Of a DNA stretch of 32,000 bases, positions 9,250-19,994 are shown one piece after another. Source of the DNA: Candidatus Electrothrix sp. GW3-4 (lineage in GTDB: Bacteria; Desulfobacterota; Desulfobulbia; Desulfobulbales; Desulfobulbaceae). The DNA lies in the NCBI RefSeq assembly GCF_037902255.1, contig NZ_CP147990.1:2100001-2132000 (forward strand), in the 5' to 3' direction. Position numbers and translations under genes: made by a program. Below the pieces are notes generated by a model, which worked only from the letters and a program-made list of their open reading frames with translations, was not told the DNA's origin and made no database searches. How positions within the stretch are numbered: position 1 is the first letter of the stretch; each line of letters starts with the position of its first letter.

Positions 9250-12200
9250 ATGACTGGCGAGCAGCAGAACCCAGAGGCCGATTCCCCGCTCGAATTCGGC
9301 GAAATTCTGATCAATCCCCATGCAGGGACATCAGAAAAAGAGGAACAGCAATCCTCCCCCCTCCCAAACCTCAAAAGCCGCGCAAGCCCCCGAAAAAGAA
9401 AAAAGAGAGCAATAACGGCCAAGGCTCAAAGAAAAAGGTCCTGCTCTGGAGCCTCATCCTGCTGGCAGTACCCGTCGTCCTTTTTCTCACCTATCTGGTA
9501 GCTGCACGTTATCTCCTTCCTTATTATATCCAGGAACGACTGGCATCAGAGTATAGCAAGCAGCTGAACCGGCCCATAGCGGTGACCCAGGTGAAATTTG
9601 CGCCCTTCAGCCTGGATCTTCATCTTGTTGGCCTCCATATCGGACCAGAGTTTGGACGCCAGGATGAAGACGAGCCTGCTCTCTGCCATATTGCGACGAT
9701 TGATACCCGCCTGGGTCTGCAAGAGCTACTGCAAGGAAAGATCATCCTTAAAAATGTCCGCGTAAAGGGCATGCAGGCAGAAATGTTTCGACGTACTGAC
9801 GGCAGTTTCACCAACCTGAGCTTAACTCAACAAAGCAACGACGGCACAGGTAAACAGACCCTGCTACCTGACTGGCTGCGGATTGATGGCCTTAACCTGA
9901 CCGAGAGCATGCTGGTTTTCCGTGATGCCACCAATAATCATGAGTATCATTTAGATGAAATAACCTTTTCGTTGCCCGCTGCTGCACAGCAGGAAGTGAC
10001 TGCGCCTACGGTGCCTACCCTTCATGCTCTGGTTAACGGTAATCCTGTCCAAATACAAGGGCAACGCCAGATCAGGCTCGATGGCAGCTCGGCAATCCGT
10101 TTGGCTCTCCAACTTGATGATGTTGATCCTCAGCAGCTTCTGGCCTGGCTACCCGACATAAACGAATCTCTGCGCATCAACGCGGACAAAACCGAGGCGG
10201 CTCTGGAGCTTATCCTGCCGGATAAAAAACAAAATGATATTGGCCCCATTCTGTCCGGCACCATCAACTTCACCGGATTACAGCTTGAGGCCTTAACGAC
10301 TGGAGACGATGCCAGCCGCTCCGGAAAGGTCCAATGCACCGCCCCGAAGGTACAACTGGTGATCCAGGCAAATCCCTTCCGAAAACAGTACACGGTGAAA
10401 GAACTGATCCTGGATCGGCCCCAATTGCTTTTCCCTGAGGGCACTGGAAAAACTTCTGGAAAGCAGTTCCCCTTAGAGAGGTTGCCCGTACTCGTCAACC
10501 TGCAAGAACTCTTTGATCCATCATTGCTCTCCTTTGACCTGATAATTGAACGCCTGGCAATCAATCAGGGAATCGTGAAGGAGAACCAGAATCAGCTATG
10601 GGAGGAACTCCAGCTGGAACTGACAGCATACCGCAATCAAACAACAGCACTTGGTGGGGAAGAAGAACAGGAAAAGACGACCCTGAGCTTTTCTGCTCGC
10701 CAAGGAAAAAAACCGTACAATTCCAAGGACGAACTACTCCTGACCTACGCCTGATCGGACAGGTTTCTCTGGACAACCTGGACTCAAGCGCACTCCAGCC
10801 GTATCTCGGGGTGAACAAGGATGTTCAGCTCTCCAAAGGAAAGGTCCAATTGGTCATGCAGGTTAATCCCCTTCTCAAACAGTACAGGATTGAAGCGCTG
10901 ACCTTGAATCAACCCAGAATTGTCCTGACAAACAATAACGAACAAAACAGTCAACACCACCTCCCCCTCTCTGTCTGGCCCGGTCAGCTGCTCGCGCCGA
11001 CATTACTTCCTTTCGACCTGGAGATCCAGCGCCTGACCATCAATAAGGGGATTATTGGCAAGGCGGAGGGTGGGCAATGGGAGGATCTGCAGCTGGAGTT
11101 GCTCAGGTACCGAAATCACGAAACGCCTCCCCCTGTTGAGGCACAAAAAATTGGAGGGAAAGGTCCTGCTCTGTCATTCTCCGCCCACCAAGGGGTAACC
11201 ACTGTTCGGTTTCAAGGAACCACAGCCTCTGACCTGCGTTTGCTCGGCAAGATCTCCCTCCATAATCTGAACGCAAGTCTGCTTCAGGCCTACCTGGATG
11301 CAGACGACACCCTCCGCTTATCTGGCAAAGCCGATCTGAACGGTCTTCTCCACATAAGCCAGACAACGCCAACCGCAGAGCCAGAAAAAACAATGCTCCT
11401 TGAGCAGGGAACAATCAAACTGCATGATCTCAGCGTACAACAAGGTAAGCAGTCGAAACATCCTCCCCTGCTCACCGCAACCACAACAGAAGCTACAGGA
11501 TGCTCCATAACTCTTACAGCACCAGGCCTCACCTGTACCAGTCTTTTGCTGGAGCAGGCAGATTTTTCTACTGCTGCCCCCTCGACTCTTCTTTTTCCAG
11601 AAAAGGAAGGGCCCCTGCTTGGCCTATCAGTTGATGCCGTTAAGATAACAAACGCCAAAGCCCGCTTGCCCCTGGGGAGTAATAATAATCTGACACTCCC
11701 ATTAACGGATATGGACTTGGAGATCCAGGATCTTCAGGCAGCACCGTCGGAAAAAGACAACCTCCACCTGCAGGCAAAGGTTGGTGCTGACGGACAGATA
11801 AAGGTTGAAGGATATTTTCGTCAAGCCAAGGGAAAACTGGAACTCACTGCTGAGGACCTTGATATCACATTACTGAATCAGTCCTTTGCGCAACTCTTTC
11901 AAAAGAAGCTTGCCCCGACCCTGCAACAGGGACGTCTTTCCCTGCAAGGACAGCTCGAACTTCCCGTGCTTGACTTTCAGGGCGATGTTCAGCTCAATGA
12001 CCTGGTGACACAAAACCAACATGGAACAGCTCTCCGTTGGAAAAGCGCTCAAGGGAAACAGGCCCGGATTGCTATGAAGCCCTTTTTCATACATATCGAA
12101 GAACTTGACCTGGAGAAACCAGAGCTGAAACTGGCTTCCCCAAAGAGTACCTTGCCAACAGCTCTGATCTCGCTCCTTCGTCAGCAGGACAAGAAGCCAA

Positions 12201-13309
12201 TCCTCCCCCCGTTCACCATTAAACAATGCCGTATCCAGGGGGCAAACATGCCCGGTACGGGCAGCAGCCTCGGATTCAGTGCAGTGCATGGCAGCCTTGC
12301 ACCGCTGGCCTCAGGCACCCCGGCCTCTTTTACCTTCTCTGGTAAGGTTAATAAACGGGAGTTCACTGCCCACGGCCGGTTGGCACAGAACCATGCAGAG
12401 GTTGACAGCTTCACGGTGGCGGAACTGCCTCTGGAGAGTGCAGCCAAGCAATTCGCTGAACAACTTGCTCTGACGGCAACAGGCGGCATTCGCTGGGTTC
12501 CTTCTGCTGAGCAGAAGAACGAGGGGCGTGTTCATTTTATAGGTTTTCTCCCCCAGCCAGATTCAGAATATGCCCTGCTGCTGGCCCTGCTCACAGACAA
12601 TAAGGGAACATTTAGCCTCCCCCTCTCGCTGCCAGCAACCGCCTCACCCAGCAAGATCAGCAATGCTACCCTGAAAAAACTCCAGCGGCTCCATCTTCAG
12701 GCCGTTGTCTCTCCCCAGGCAGTCCTTGAAAAAGAGCTCCCTGATCTGACCCTGCCCCAACGGATTACCTGTCTTGTCGGTGATAGCCTGCCTGATTTTA
12801 TGGATGACCTGGAGAACTTCACCTCCCTGATGACCCGTCGTCCCCACCTTGCTCTCCAACTTCAGGGCTGCTATGACGATATGACGGATCGGAAATATCT
12901 GCTCAGTCTGCTCCAGGAAGAGGAGGACTACCGGGTTGATCTGGAAAATATCCGGAGACAGGAGGAAATGGCCCGCCTGATTGCTGAAGAAGAACTTCGG
13001 CAGGTGGAGCTGGTGAACACAGATATGCCGATTGGTGAAGACCTCATTCCACAGATTGAGGCACGGGAGGACCTGCACCCTCTGCCCCACCAACCGGTTG
13101 AGCTCCCCCAAGAGATCCTTCCTGAACTCGCTCGCCAGCGAGCCTTAGTCGTTCAGGAGTACCTTGTTAATACACTCAATCTGCCCCAGAAAAAAATTAC
13201 CATCGCCGAGCCCGTTCCAGGTGGCCCTTGGGTTGACCTCTTGCTGAAGCCAATCTGGCAGCAACCTTCTGGAACGACTTCGACTTCTGCACCAGAGGGA
13301 AAGGAATAA
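9250..13309 (+). pseudogene. Large DUF748/AsmA-like N-terminally anchored envelope protein (about 1350 aa if repaired). As sequenced, the frame is broken at A7 10706-10712 and probably also at C6 9356-9361.
   Basis: Track ORFs 9195-10754 and 10598-13309 overlap in different frames. The Lys-rich stretch plus TM helix (KKKVLLWSLILLAVPVVLF) followed by a long beta-rich periplasmic region resembles the DUF748/AsmA-like layout. The internal repeat ...LSFSA(R/H)QG..T(V)(Q/R)FQG(R/T)T..DLRL(I/L)G... is continuous only if one A is added to the A7 run. The start at 9250 (MTGEQQNPEADSPLEFGEIL...) is inferred from amino-acid composition. The family call is from memory of the domain, not from a search. 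Confidence 0.6.
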
Positions 13310-13400
13310 AAATTACAATTTCGAAAAATTTTCCCCATTCCATCATATTTGCTTGAAAAAAAATTGTTATCTGTTTTGAAAGAATGGATTCTTTCAACCA

Positions 13401-13437
13401 TCCCCGGCTCAGCAGGCCGGGACAACAAAACATGAAA
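13401..13437 (+). repeat. Conserved intergenic element, copy A (hairpin plus 28-nt core CAGCAGGnnGGGACAACAAAACATGAAA)
   Basis: Core 13410-13437 matches 24058-24085 at 26/28 positions. Stem CCCGGC (13403-13408) pairs with GCCGGG (13416-13421). Confidence 0.8.
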
Positions 13438-13519
13438 GAAGGGAAACTTGGTCGAGCAACTTGAATGCCTCACCCGAGTCAATCGCTACTTTCATATAAA
13501 TTTCATCTACATATTTTCC

Positions 13520-13561
13520 GGGACGCAGAGAATATTGTTTTCTTCTGTGCCCTGTTATTTT
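13520..13561 (+). terminator. Terminator- or attenuator-like hairpin in the purF leader
   Basis: About a 10-bp stem with one bulge and two G-U pairs (13520-13530 with 13543-13552), followed by TGTTATTTT. It lies 52 nt upstream of the purF ATG. Confidence 0.35.
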
Positions 13562-13612
13562 CAGGCGATGCACAGCCTGACGGACATCCAACAAGAGAGT
13601 CATTAATCTGTT

Positions 13613-15046
13613 ATGGAACATATATTTCCATCCCGCGAGCCACAATCACGACCAACCCATGAATGTGGCATATGCGGAATATACGGTCATGAAGATGCAG
13701 CCAAACTCACCTATTTCGGCCTCTATGCACTCCAGCACCGGGGACAGGAAAGCGCAGGCATTGTTTCCGGAGACGGGCAGCACATGCATCTCCATAAAGA
13801 CATGGGCCTGGTCCCGGAGGTCTTTACAGAGTCAAACCTCCAGAAATTGACCGGGCATCTGGCAGTGGGCCATGTACGATACTCCACCACCGGAGAATCC
13901 TCCATTATCAATACCCAGCCTTTTATGGTCACCCACCAGGGAACGCCCCTTGCTGTGGCCCATAACGGCAATCTGGTCAACTCTGTTGATCTACGTAATC
14001 ATCTGGAACAAAAGGGGTCCATTTTTCAAACCACTATGGACAGCGAGATCGTTATTCAGCTTATGGCTCGGACCATGCATATGGGACTGACCAAGGCGAT
14101 TGAGGAGAGCTTTGCCTGTATCCGTGGGGCCTATTCTCTGCTGCTCATGACACCGGACACCATGATCGCCGTACGCGACCCCAACGGGTTCCGTCCACTT
14201 TGCCTGGGGCGCCTGCCCGATGGCGCCTATGTGGTGGCCTCTGAAACCTGTGCTCTCGACCTCATCACAGCTGAGTATATTCGCGACATTGAACCAGGTG
14301 AAGTGGTCATGATTAATCAAGACGGCCTGGAATCCCTCTTTCCCTGGTCGCCTCGCCGCAAAAGTTATTGCATCTTTGAGCAGGTCTATTTTGCTCGTCC
14401 TGACAGCGATATCTTTGGTACCAATGTCTATGCGGTCCGCAAACGAATGGGTGAAATCCTGGCCCGGGAAGCAAAAATAGATGCCGACTTTGTCATGCCC
14501 TTTCCTGACTCGGGCAATTACGCAGCCATTGGCTACTCTCAGGCCTCAGGTATTCCCCTGGAGATGGGTATGATCCGTAACCATTATGTGGGTCGAACCT
14601 TTATTCAGCCCTCCCAGGCCATGCGCGATTTCTCTGTCCGGGTCAAACTCAACCCGGTGGGATCCTTACTTAAAGGGAAGCGGGTCATCATTGTTGAGGA
14701 CTCCATCATCCGGGGAACCACCGGCAGAAGCAGGGTAAAGGCCCTGCGAGACGTGGGCGCCAAAGAGGTGCATATGCTGGTCTCCTGCCCGCCTACCCGC
14801 CATGCATGTTATTACGGCATTGATTTTCCCTCATCATCCCAACTCATTGCCTCGACAAAGACCTTGGAGGGGATCGCAGAATATCTGGGCCTGGACTCCC
14901 TGACCTATCTGAGTCTTGAGGGGCTGGTCGAGGCGAGCGGCCTGCCCAAGGATAATTTCTGTCTGGCCTGCTTTGACGGCAATTATCCGGTTGCTCCTGA
15001 TCTCTCCTTTACCAAGGACGCTCTGAGCGGCTGTGGTTGCGGTTGA
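13613..15046 (+). CDS. purF: Amidophosphoribosyltransferase (glutamine-PRPP amidotransferase), propeptide and Fe-S type
   Basis: A 17-aa leader precedes the catalytic Cys (HE|CGICGIYG). Other motifs are LQHRGQESAGI, PFPDSGN and the PRTase loop VIIVEDSIIRGTT. C-terminal Cys residues (CYYGIDFP, CLACFDGNYP) are typical of the [4Fe-4S] class. Confidence 0.95.
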   Translation: MEHIFPSREPQSRPTHECGICGIYGHEDAAKLTYFGLYALQHRGQESAGIVSGDGQHMHLHKDMGLVPEVFTESNLQKLTGHLAVGHVRYSTTGESSIINTQPFMVTHQGTPLAVAHNGNLVNSVDLRNHLEQKGSIFQTTMDSEIVIQLMARTMHMGLTKAIEESFACIRGAYSLLLMTPDTMIAVRDPNGFRPLCLGRLPDGAYVVASETCALDLITAEYIRDIEPGEVVMINQDGLESLFPWSPRRKSYCIFEQVYFARPDSDIFGTNVYAVRKRMGEILAREAKIDADFVMPFPDSGNYAAIGYSQASGIPLEMGMIRNHYVGRTFIQPSQAMRDFSVRVKLNPVGSLLKGKRVIIVEDSIIRGTTGRSRVKALRDVGAKEVHMLVSCPPTRHACYYGIDFPSSSQLIASTKTLEGIAEYLGLDSLTYLSLEGLVEASGLPKDNFCLACFDGNYPVAPDLSFTKDALSGCGCG

Positions 15047-15071
15047 TCCTCTGCTCTAACACATCCAACAT

Positions 15072-16383
15072 ATGCGAACAAAAAAAGATCCCGAATCTTC
15101 GGGATCCCCCTCTTACGCGGCAGGACATTTCTCCTCCTATCTGCTGTTGCTCCGTCAGAACCCTAACTACCGACGGTACTGGCTGTCCAGTTGCATCAGC
15201 CAGATTGGCGATTGGTTCAATTATATTGCCATCTTTGTCCTGCTTAACCAGTTAACCGGCTCTGGCCAGGCAGTGAGCTGGTTTCTCATCGCCAAGTACC
15301 TGCCTCCAGCAGTACTGGGCCCGGTGGCCGGGGTTATTGCGGACAAATTCAGTCGCAAAAAATCCTTGTCACCTGCGACCTCCTGCGGGCCGCCTTGGTG
15401 CTTGCCTACCTGCTGATTCGATCAACGGATTATGTCTGGCTGGTCTATCTGCTGGCCTTTATTCAGGAGTCTATCTGGACCTTTTATCATCCTGCCCGCC
15501 AGGCTACGGTTCCCAACCTCTGCTCCCGTGAAGAACTCAGTATTGTCAATGGTCTATCCGGCGCCTCTTGGTCCGTCATGCTGGCCTTTGGCGCTGCCTT
15601 GGGTGGTTTCTTTACTGCTCACTTTGGCTGGCAGGCAGCAATCATCGCTGATTGCTGCAGTTTTCTTCTTTCAGCCTCTATCATGCTCACGGTTCTGATC
15701 CCACACAGGGAAAAACGACCAGGAGCAGATTTTTCCCTGGCCCGTGTCACGGGTTGGCATGACCTCAAGGAAGGGTTTTCCTACATCAAGGCACGGCCCA
15801 AGGTTCTTGCCCTGCTCACCGTGAAAAGTGGCTGGGCCCTTTCCGGTGGCATCCTGGTTATGCTCGCCGTATTTGGCGAGCAGGTCTTTGCCCAGGAAAG
15901 CGGAGGAGGACAGGGCGGTCTGAGCGGGATCCTCTTTTCCATGCGCGGTCTGGGCGCGGCTCTTGGCCCCATTATTGCCTGGCGCCTTTTCGGAGACGGA
16001 ATTATGGCCATGCGCAAGGCCATTGGTGGTGCGTTTTTTTCACCTGTGCGGCTTATATTCTCTTTAGCCAGGCCCCCAATATGTGGTTTGCTGCCTTCTG
16101 GGTCTTTCTGGGCCATTTCGGTGGATCAATACAATGGGTCTTCAGTACCACCCTCTTGCATCGCCGGGTGGAAGACCGGTTTCGCGGTCGCCTGTTTTCC
16201 ACAGAGATGACCCTGATGACCCTGATGCTGACCCTCTCCACCTGGTGTACCGGAACGGCAATGGATATGGGGATTGATCCCCGCACCATCGTTCTGGTCC
16301 TGGCCCTGCTCTTTCTTCTGCCCGGAACGGGTTGGCTTCTCTATCTCCGGCTTCTGACCCGAAATGGGAGTAGTATTGACTAA
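15072..16383 (+). pseudogene. MFS transporter (MFS_3/EntS-like family). As sequenced it is split into three frames by breaks at A6 15357-15362 and T7 16034-16040.
   Basis: Track ORFs 15072-15416, 15395-16210 and 16081-16383 read as one 12-TM-type MFS protein when one base is added at each run. The junctions become ...ADKFSRKK|ILVTCDLLRAALVLAYLL... and ...GGAFFF|TCAAYILFSQAPNMWFAAFW... Confidence 0.75.
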
Positions 16384-16463
16384 TTTCTCAAGGAGAGTTA
16401 TGCCTCATTTTGGGGGCCTATACACAGAGGAACAGAAAAATCAACCTTTTTGTTCGCCTCTAT

Positions 16464-16492
16464 TTGCTTTTCCAGCGTATCAGTGATAATAT
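16464..16492 (+). promoter_or_regulatory. Candidate sigma70-type promoter for guaB (TTGCTT-17 nt-TAATAT)
   Basis: -35 TTGCTT at 16464-16469, 17-nt spacer, -10 TAATAT at 16487-16492. It lies about 85 nt upstream of the guaB ATG. Sequence match only. Confidence 0.35.
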
Positions 16493-16575
16493 GCTATCCA
16501 TTCTTTTCATCCGATAGATTATTCCAGAGCAGGTCTTCTGGACAATATTTTAGATACCATATAAGGAGTTACCCT

Positions 16576-18044
<1,469 letters not shown>

Positions 18045-18145
18045 GACATTCCTTCATCTGCTAGGAGTCTATCGCTTCCCTGCCCTGAGCACATGCTGGC
18101 AGGCGAGAGAGGCTGGACTGCCAGGGAAAATCATCTTCCCGTTCA

Positions 18146-18179
18146 CACCCCTGTCCTTTGGACGGGGGTGGTTTAGTTT
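18146..18179 (+). terminator. Probable terminator after guaB
   Basis: An 11-bp stem (CACCCCTGTCC / GGACGGGGGTG, one G-U) with a TTT loop, followed by GTTTAGTTT. Confidence 0.45.
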
Positions 18180-18250
18180 AGAACGGTAAGTTACTTGACC
18201 AGGGTGGGGCCTTGTTGTTCATTCACAAAAACTTAAAAAATAGCATTCCC

Positions 18251-19807
18251 ATGCATACCGATCGAAATAACGATAAAATAATTATTCTGGATTTTGGCTC
18301 CCAGACCACTCAGCTCATTGCCCGTCGTATTCGTGAGCAAAAGGTCTACTCGGAAATACACCCCTACACCCTGCCCCTGGATCAACTCAAAGCCATGCAG
18401 CCCTCCGGTATTATTCTTTCCGGTGGTCCTGCCTCTGTCTATGATGAGGATGCTCCGATCTCCGATGCCGGTCTTTTTGAGCTCGGTGTCCCTGTCCTCG
18501 GTATCTGCTACGGGGCCCAGCTGATGATGCAGCAATTGGGCGGTAAGGTAGAAAAGGCGGATAAGCGTGAATTCGGCAAGGCTGCCTTGACCATAGAGTA
18601 CACAGCTGGTCTGTTTGCCGGTATGGAGCCTGCCCCGGCCCATCATCAGGTCTGGATGAGTCATGGAGATCGGGTGGAAGAGGCAGCCCCAGGCTTTACA
18701 GCCAGCGCAGGCAGCGAGCACTCGCCCTTCGCTGCTCTTCGCCATGAGGAAAAACCCTTTGTTGCAGTCCAGTTTCATCCAGAAGTGGCTCATACCCTGA
18801 TCGGAACCGATGTGTTGCGTAACTTTATCTTCGGCATCTGCGGATGTGAGGCCAGCTGGACCATGCATTCCTTTATCGAGTCCACAGTGGCAGAAATAAG
18901 AGAAACCGTGGGCGATGGTCAGGTCCTCTGTGCCCTGTCTGGTGGGGTTGACTCGACGGTGGTTGCCGCTATGGTGCATAAGGCCATTGGCAGCCAGTTA
19001 ACCTGTATCCACGTCAACAACGGCCTGATGCGGATTAATGAGAGCGAAACCATCCTGCGCTTTTTCCGGGAAAAGACAGATCTCAAGGTTATTGATATTG
19101 ATGCGGAGTCCTACTTTCTGGATCGCCTGGACGGCATTAACGACCCAGAGGAAAAGCGAAAACGAATTGGCTACGGGTTTATTGAGATCTTTGAGCAAGA
19201 GGCAAATAAGATCGGTGATGTGAAATATCTGGCCCAAGGCACCCTGTATCCAGATGTTATTGAGTCAGTTGTCTTCCGGGGCAAGGCCCCTATTAAATCC
19301 CATCATAATGTGGGCGGCCTTCCTGAACGCATGCAGCTCAAACTGATTGAGCCGCTCAGAGAGCTCTTCAAAGATGAAGTCCGCAAACTGGGTCTGGAAC
19401 TGGGTCTGCCGGAAGAGGCTATCTATCGCCAACCCTTTCCAGGGCCGGGCCTGGGCATCCGCATCATGGGGGCTGTCAACAAGGAACGCTTGCAGATCCT
19501 CCGCCAGGCCGATGTCATTGTCCTGGAGGAGATGAAGGACTCTGGCTGGTACCGCAAGGTCTGGCAGTCCTTTGCCGTGCTACTGCCCATCCAGACCGTC
19601 GGGGTCATGGGGGACGGACGGACCTACGAGCATGTTATTGCCATCCGTTCCGTGGATAGCCGTGATGCCATGACGGCAGACTGGTCCCAACTGCCTTATG
19701 ATCTTCTGGGTCGTATATCCACTCGCATTATCAACGAGGTTCGGGGCGTTAACCGGGTTGTTTACGATATTTCCTCCAAACCGCCTTCCACCATTGAATG
19801 GGAGTAA
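18251..19807 (+). CDS. guaA: GMP synthase (glutamine-hydrolysing)
   Basis: GATase domain ([35 protein letters not shown]), ATP-PPase P-loop (SGGVDSTV) and the conserved C-terminal end PPSTIEWE. I prefer the ATG at 18251. The track ORF opens upstream at 18212. Confidence 0.95.
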   Translation: MHTDRNNDKIIILDFGSQTTQLIARRIREQKVYSEIHPYTLPLDQLKAMQPSGIILSGGPASVYDEDAPISDAGLFELGVPVLGICYGAQLMMQQLGGKVEKADKREFGKAALTIEYTAGLFAGMEPAPAHHQVWMSHGDRVEEAAPGFTASAGSEHSPFAALRHEEKPFVAVQFHPEVAHTLIGTDVLRNFIFGICGCEASWTMHSFIESTVAEIRETVGDGQVLCALSGGVDSTVVAAMVHKAIGSQLTCIHVNNGLMRINESETILRFFREKTDLKVIDIDAESYFLDRLDGINDPEEKRKRIGYGFIEIFEQEANKIGDVKYLAQGTLYPDVIESVVFRGKAPIKSHHNVGGLPERMQLKLIEPLRELFKDEVRKLGLELGLPEEAIYRQPFPGPGLGIRIMGAVNKERLQILRQADVIVLEEMKDSGWYRKVWQSFAVLLPIQTVGVMGDGRTYEHVIAIRSVDSRDAMTADWSQLPYDLLGRISTRIINEVRGVNRVVYDISSKPPSTIEWE

Positions 19808-19815
19808 CGCCTTTC

Positions 19816-19853
19816 CCCCTCTCTCATAAATTGGAGAGAGGGGAATTTTTTTT
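19816..19853 (+). terminator. Rho-independent terminator after guaA
   Basis: A perfect 10-bp stem CCCCTCTCTC / GAGAGAGGGG with an 8-nt loop, followed by AA and T8 (19846-19853). Confidence 0.85.
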
Positions 19854-19994
19854 AAAGCAGAGCAGCTGTTGTGTGGTAGTATAATATAGGAAAGAATATC
19901 CTTACGATATAATAATTCATTTTGCATTATCCTGTCGTGTTCACGCACGACCCAGAACAGCCCAATATCACTTATACTTTATCTGTCTTATTTT

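Noticed and set aside
9195-9355. The ATG at 9195 as the start of the large protein, as on the ORF track.
   Set aside because: The first roughly 50 codons (MAVDALVIRSRSRKETQKHDWRAAEPRGRFPARIRRNSDQSPCRDIRKRG) look like out-of-frame sequence, and there is no RBS. The overlapping frame from 9250 looks like real protein up to the C6 run.
13431-13463. Tiny ORFs starting at the conserved ATG of the repeated element: + strand MKEGKLGRAT here and MKSIR at 24080. On the minus strand, peptides beginning MFCCP(G/Y)LL.
   Set aside because: The peptides are not conserved beyond two to eight residues. Lengths differ (5 versus 10 codons on +; 12 codons versus an ORF running into the antisense of the upstream gene on -). 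No RBS is present on either strand. The G-U compensatory change favours an RNA-level explanation.
18233-18979. Long antisense ORFs: 248 aa opposite guaA, 263 aa at 20776-21567 opposite glk/ferredoxin, 219 aa at 6596-7255 opposite nuoM/N, and 187 aa at 1657-2220 opposite nuoH.
   Set aside because: Each lies fully inside a confidently identified + strand gene. Their composition is the Arg/Gly/His-rich kind typical of reverse-frame translation. None has an RBS or a recognisable motif.
19880-19885. TATAAT hexamer upstream of the NYN-CSD gene as a promoter -10.
   Set aside because: No acceptable -35 or extended -10 TG lies at the proper spacing, so I did not list it as a feature.
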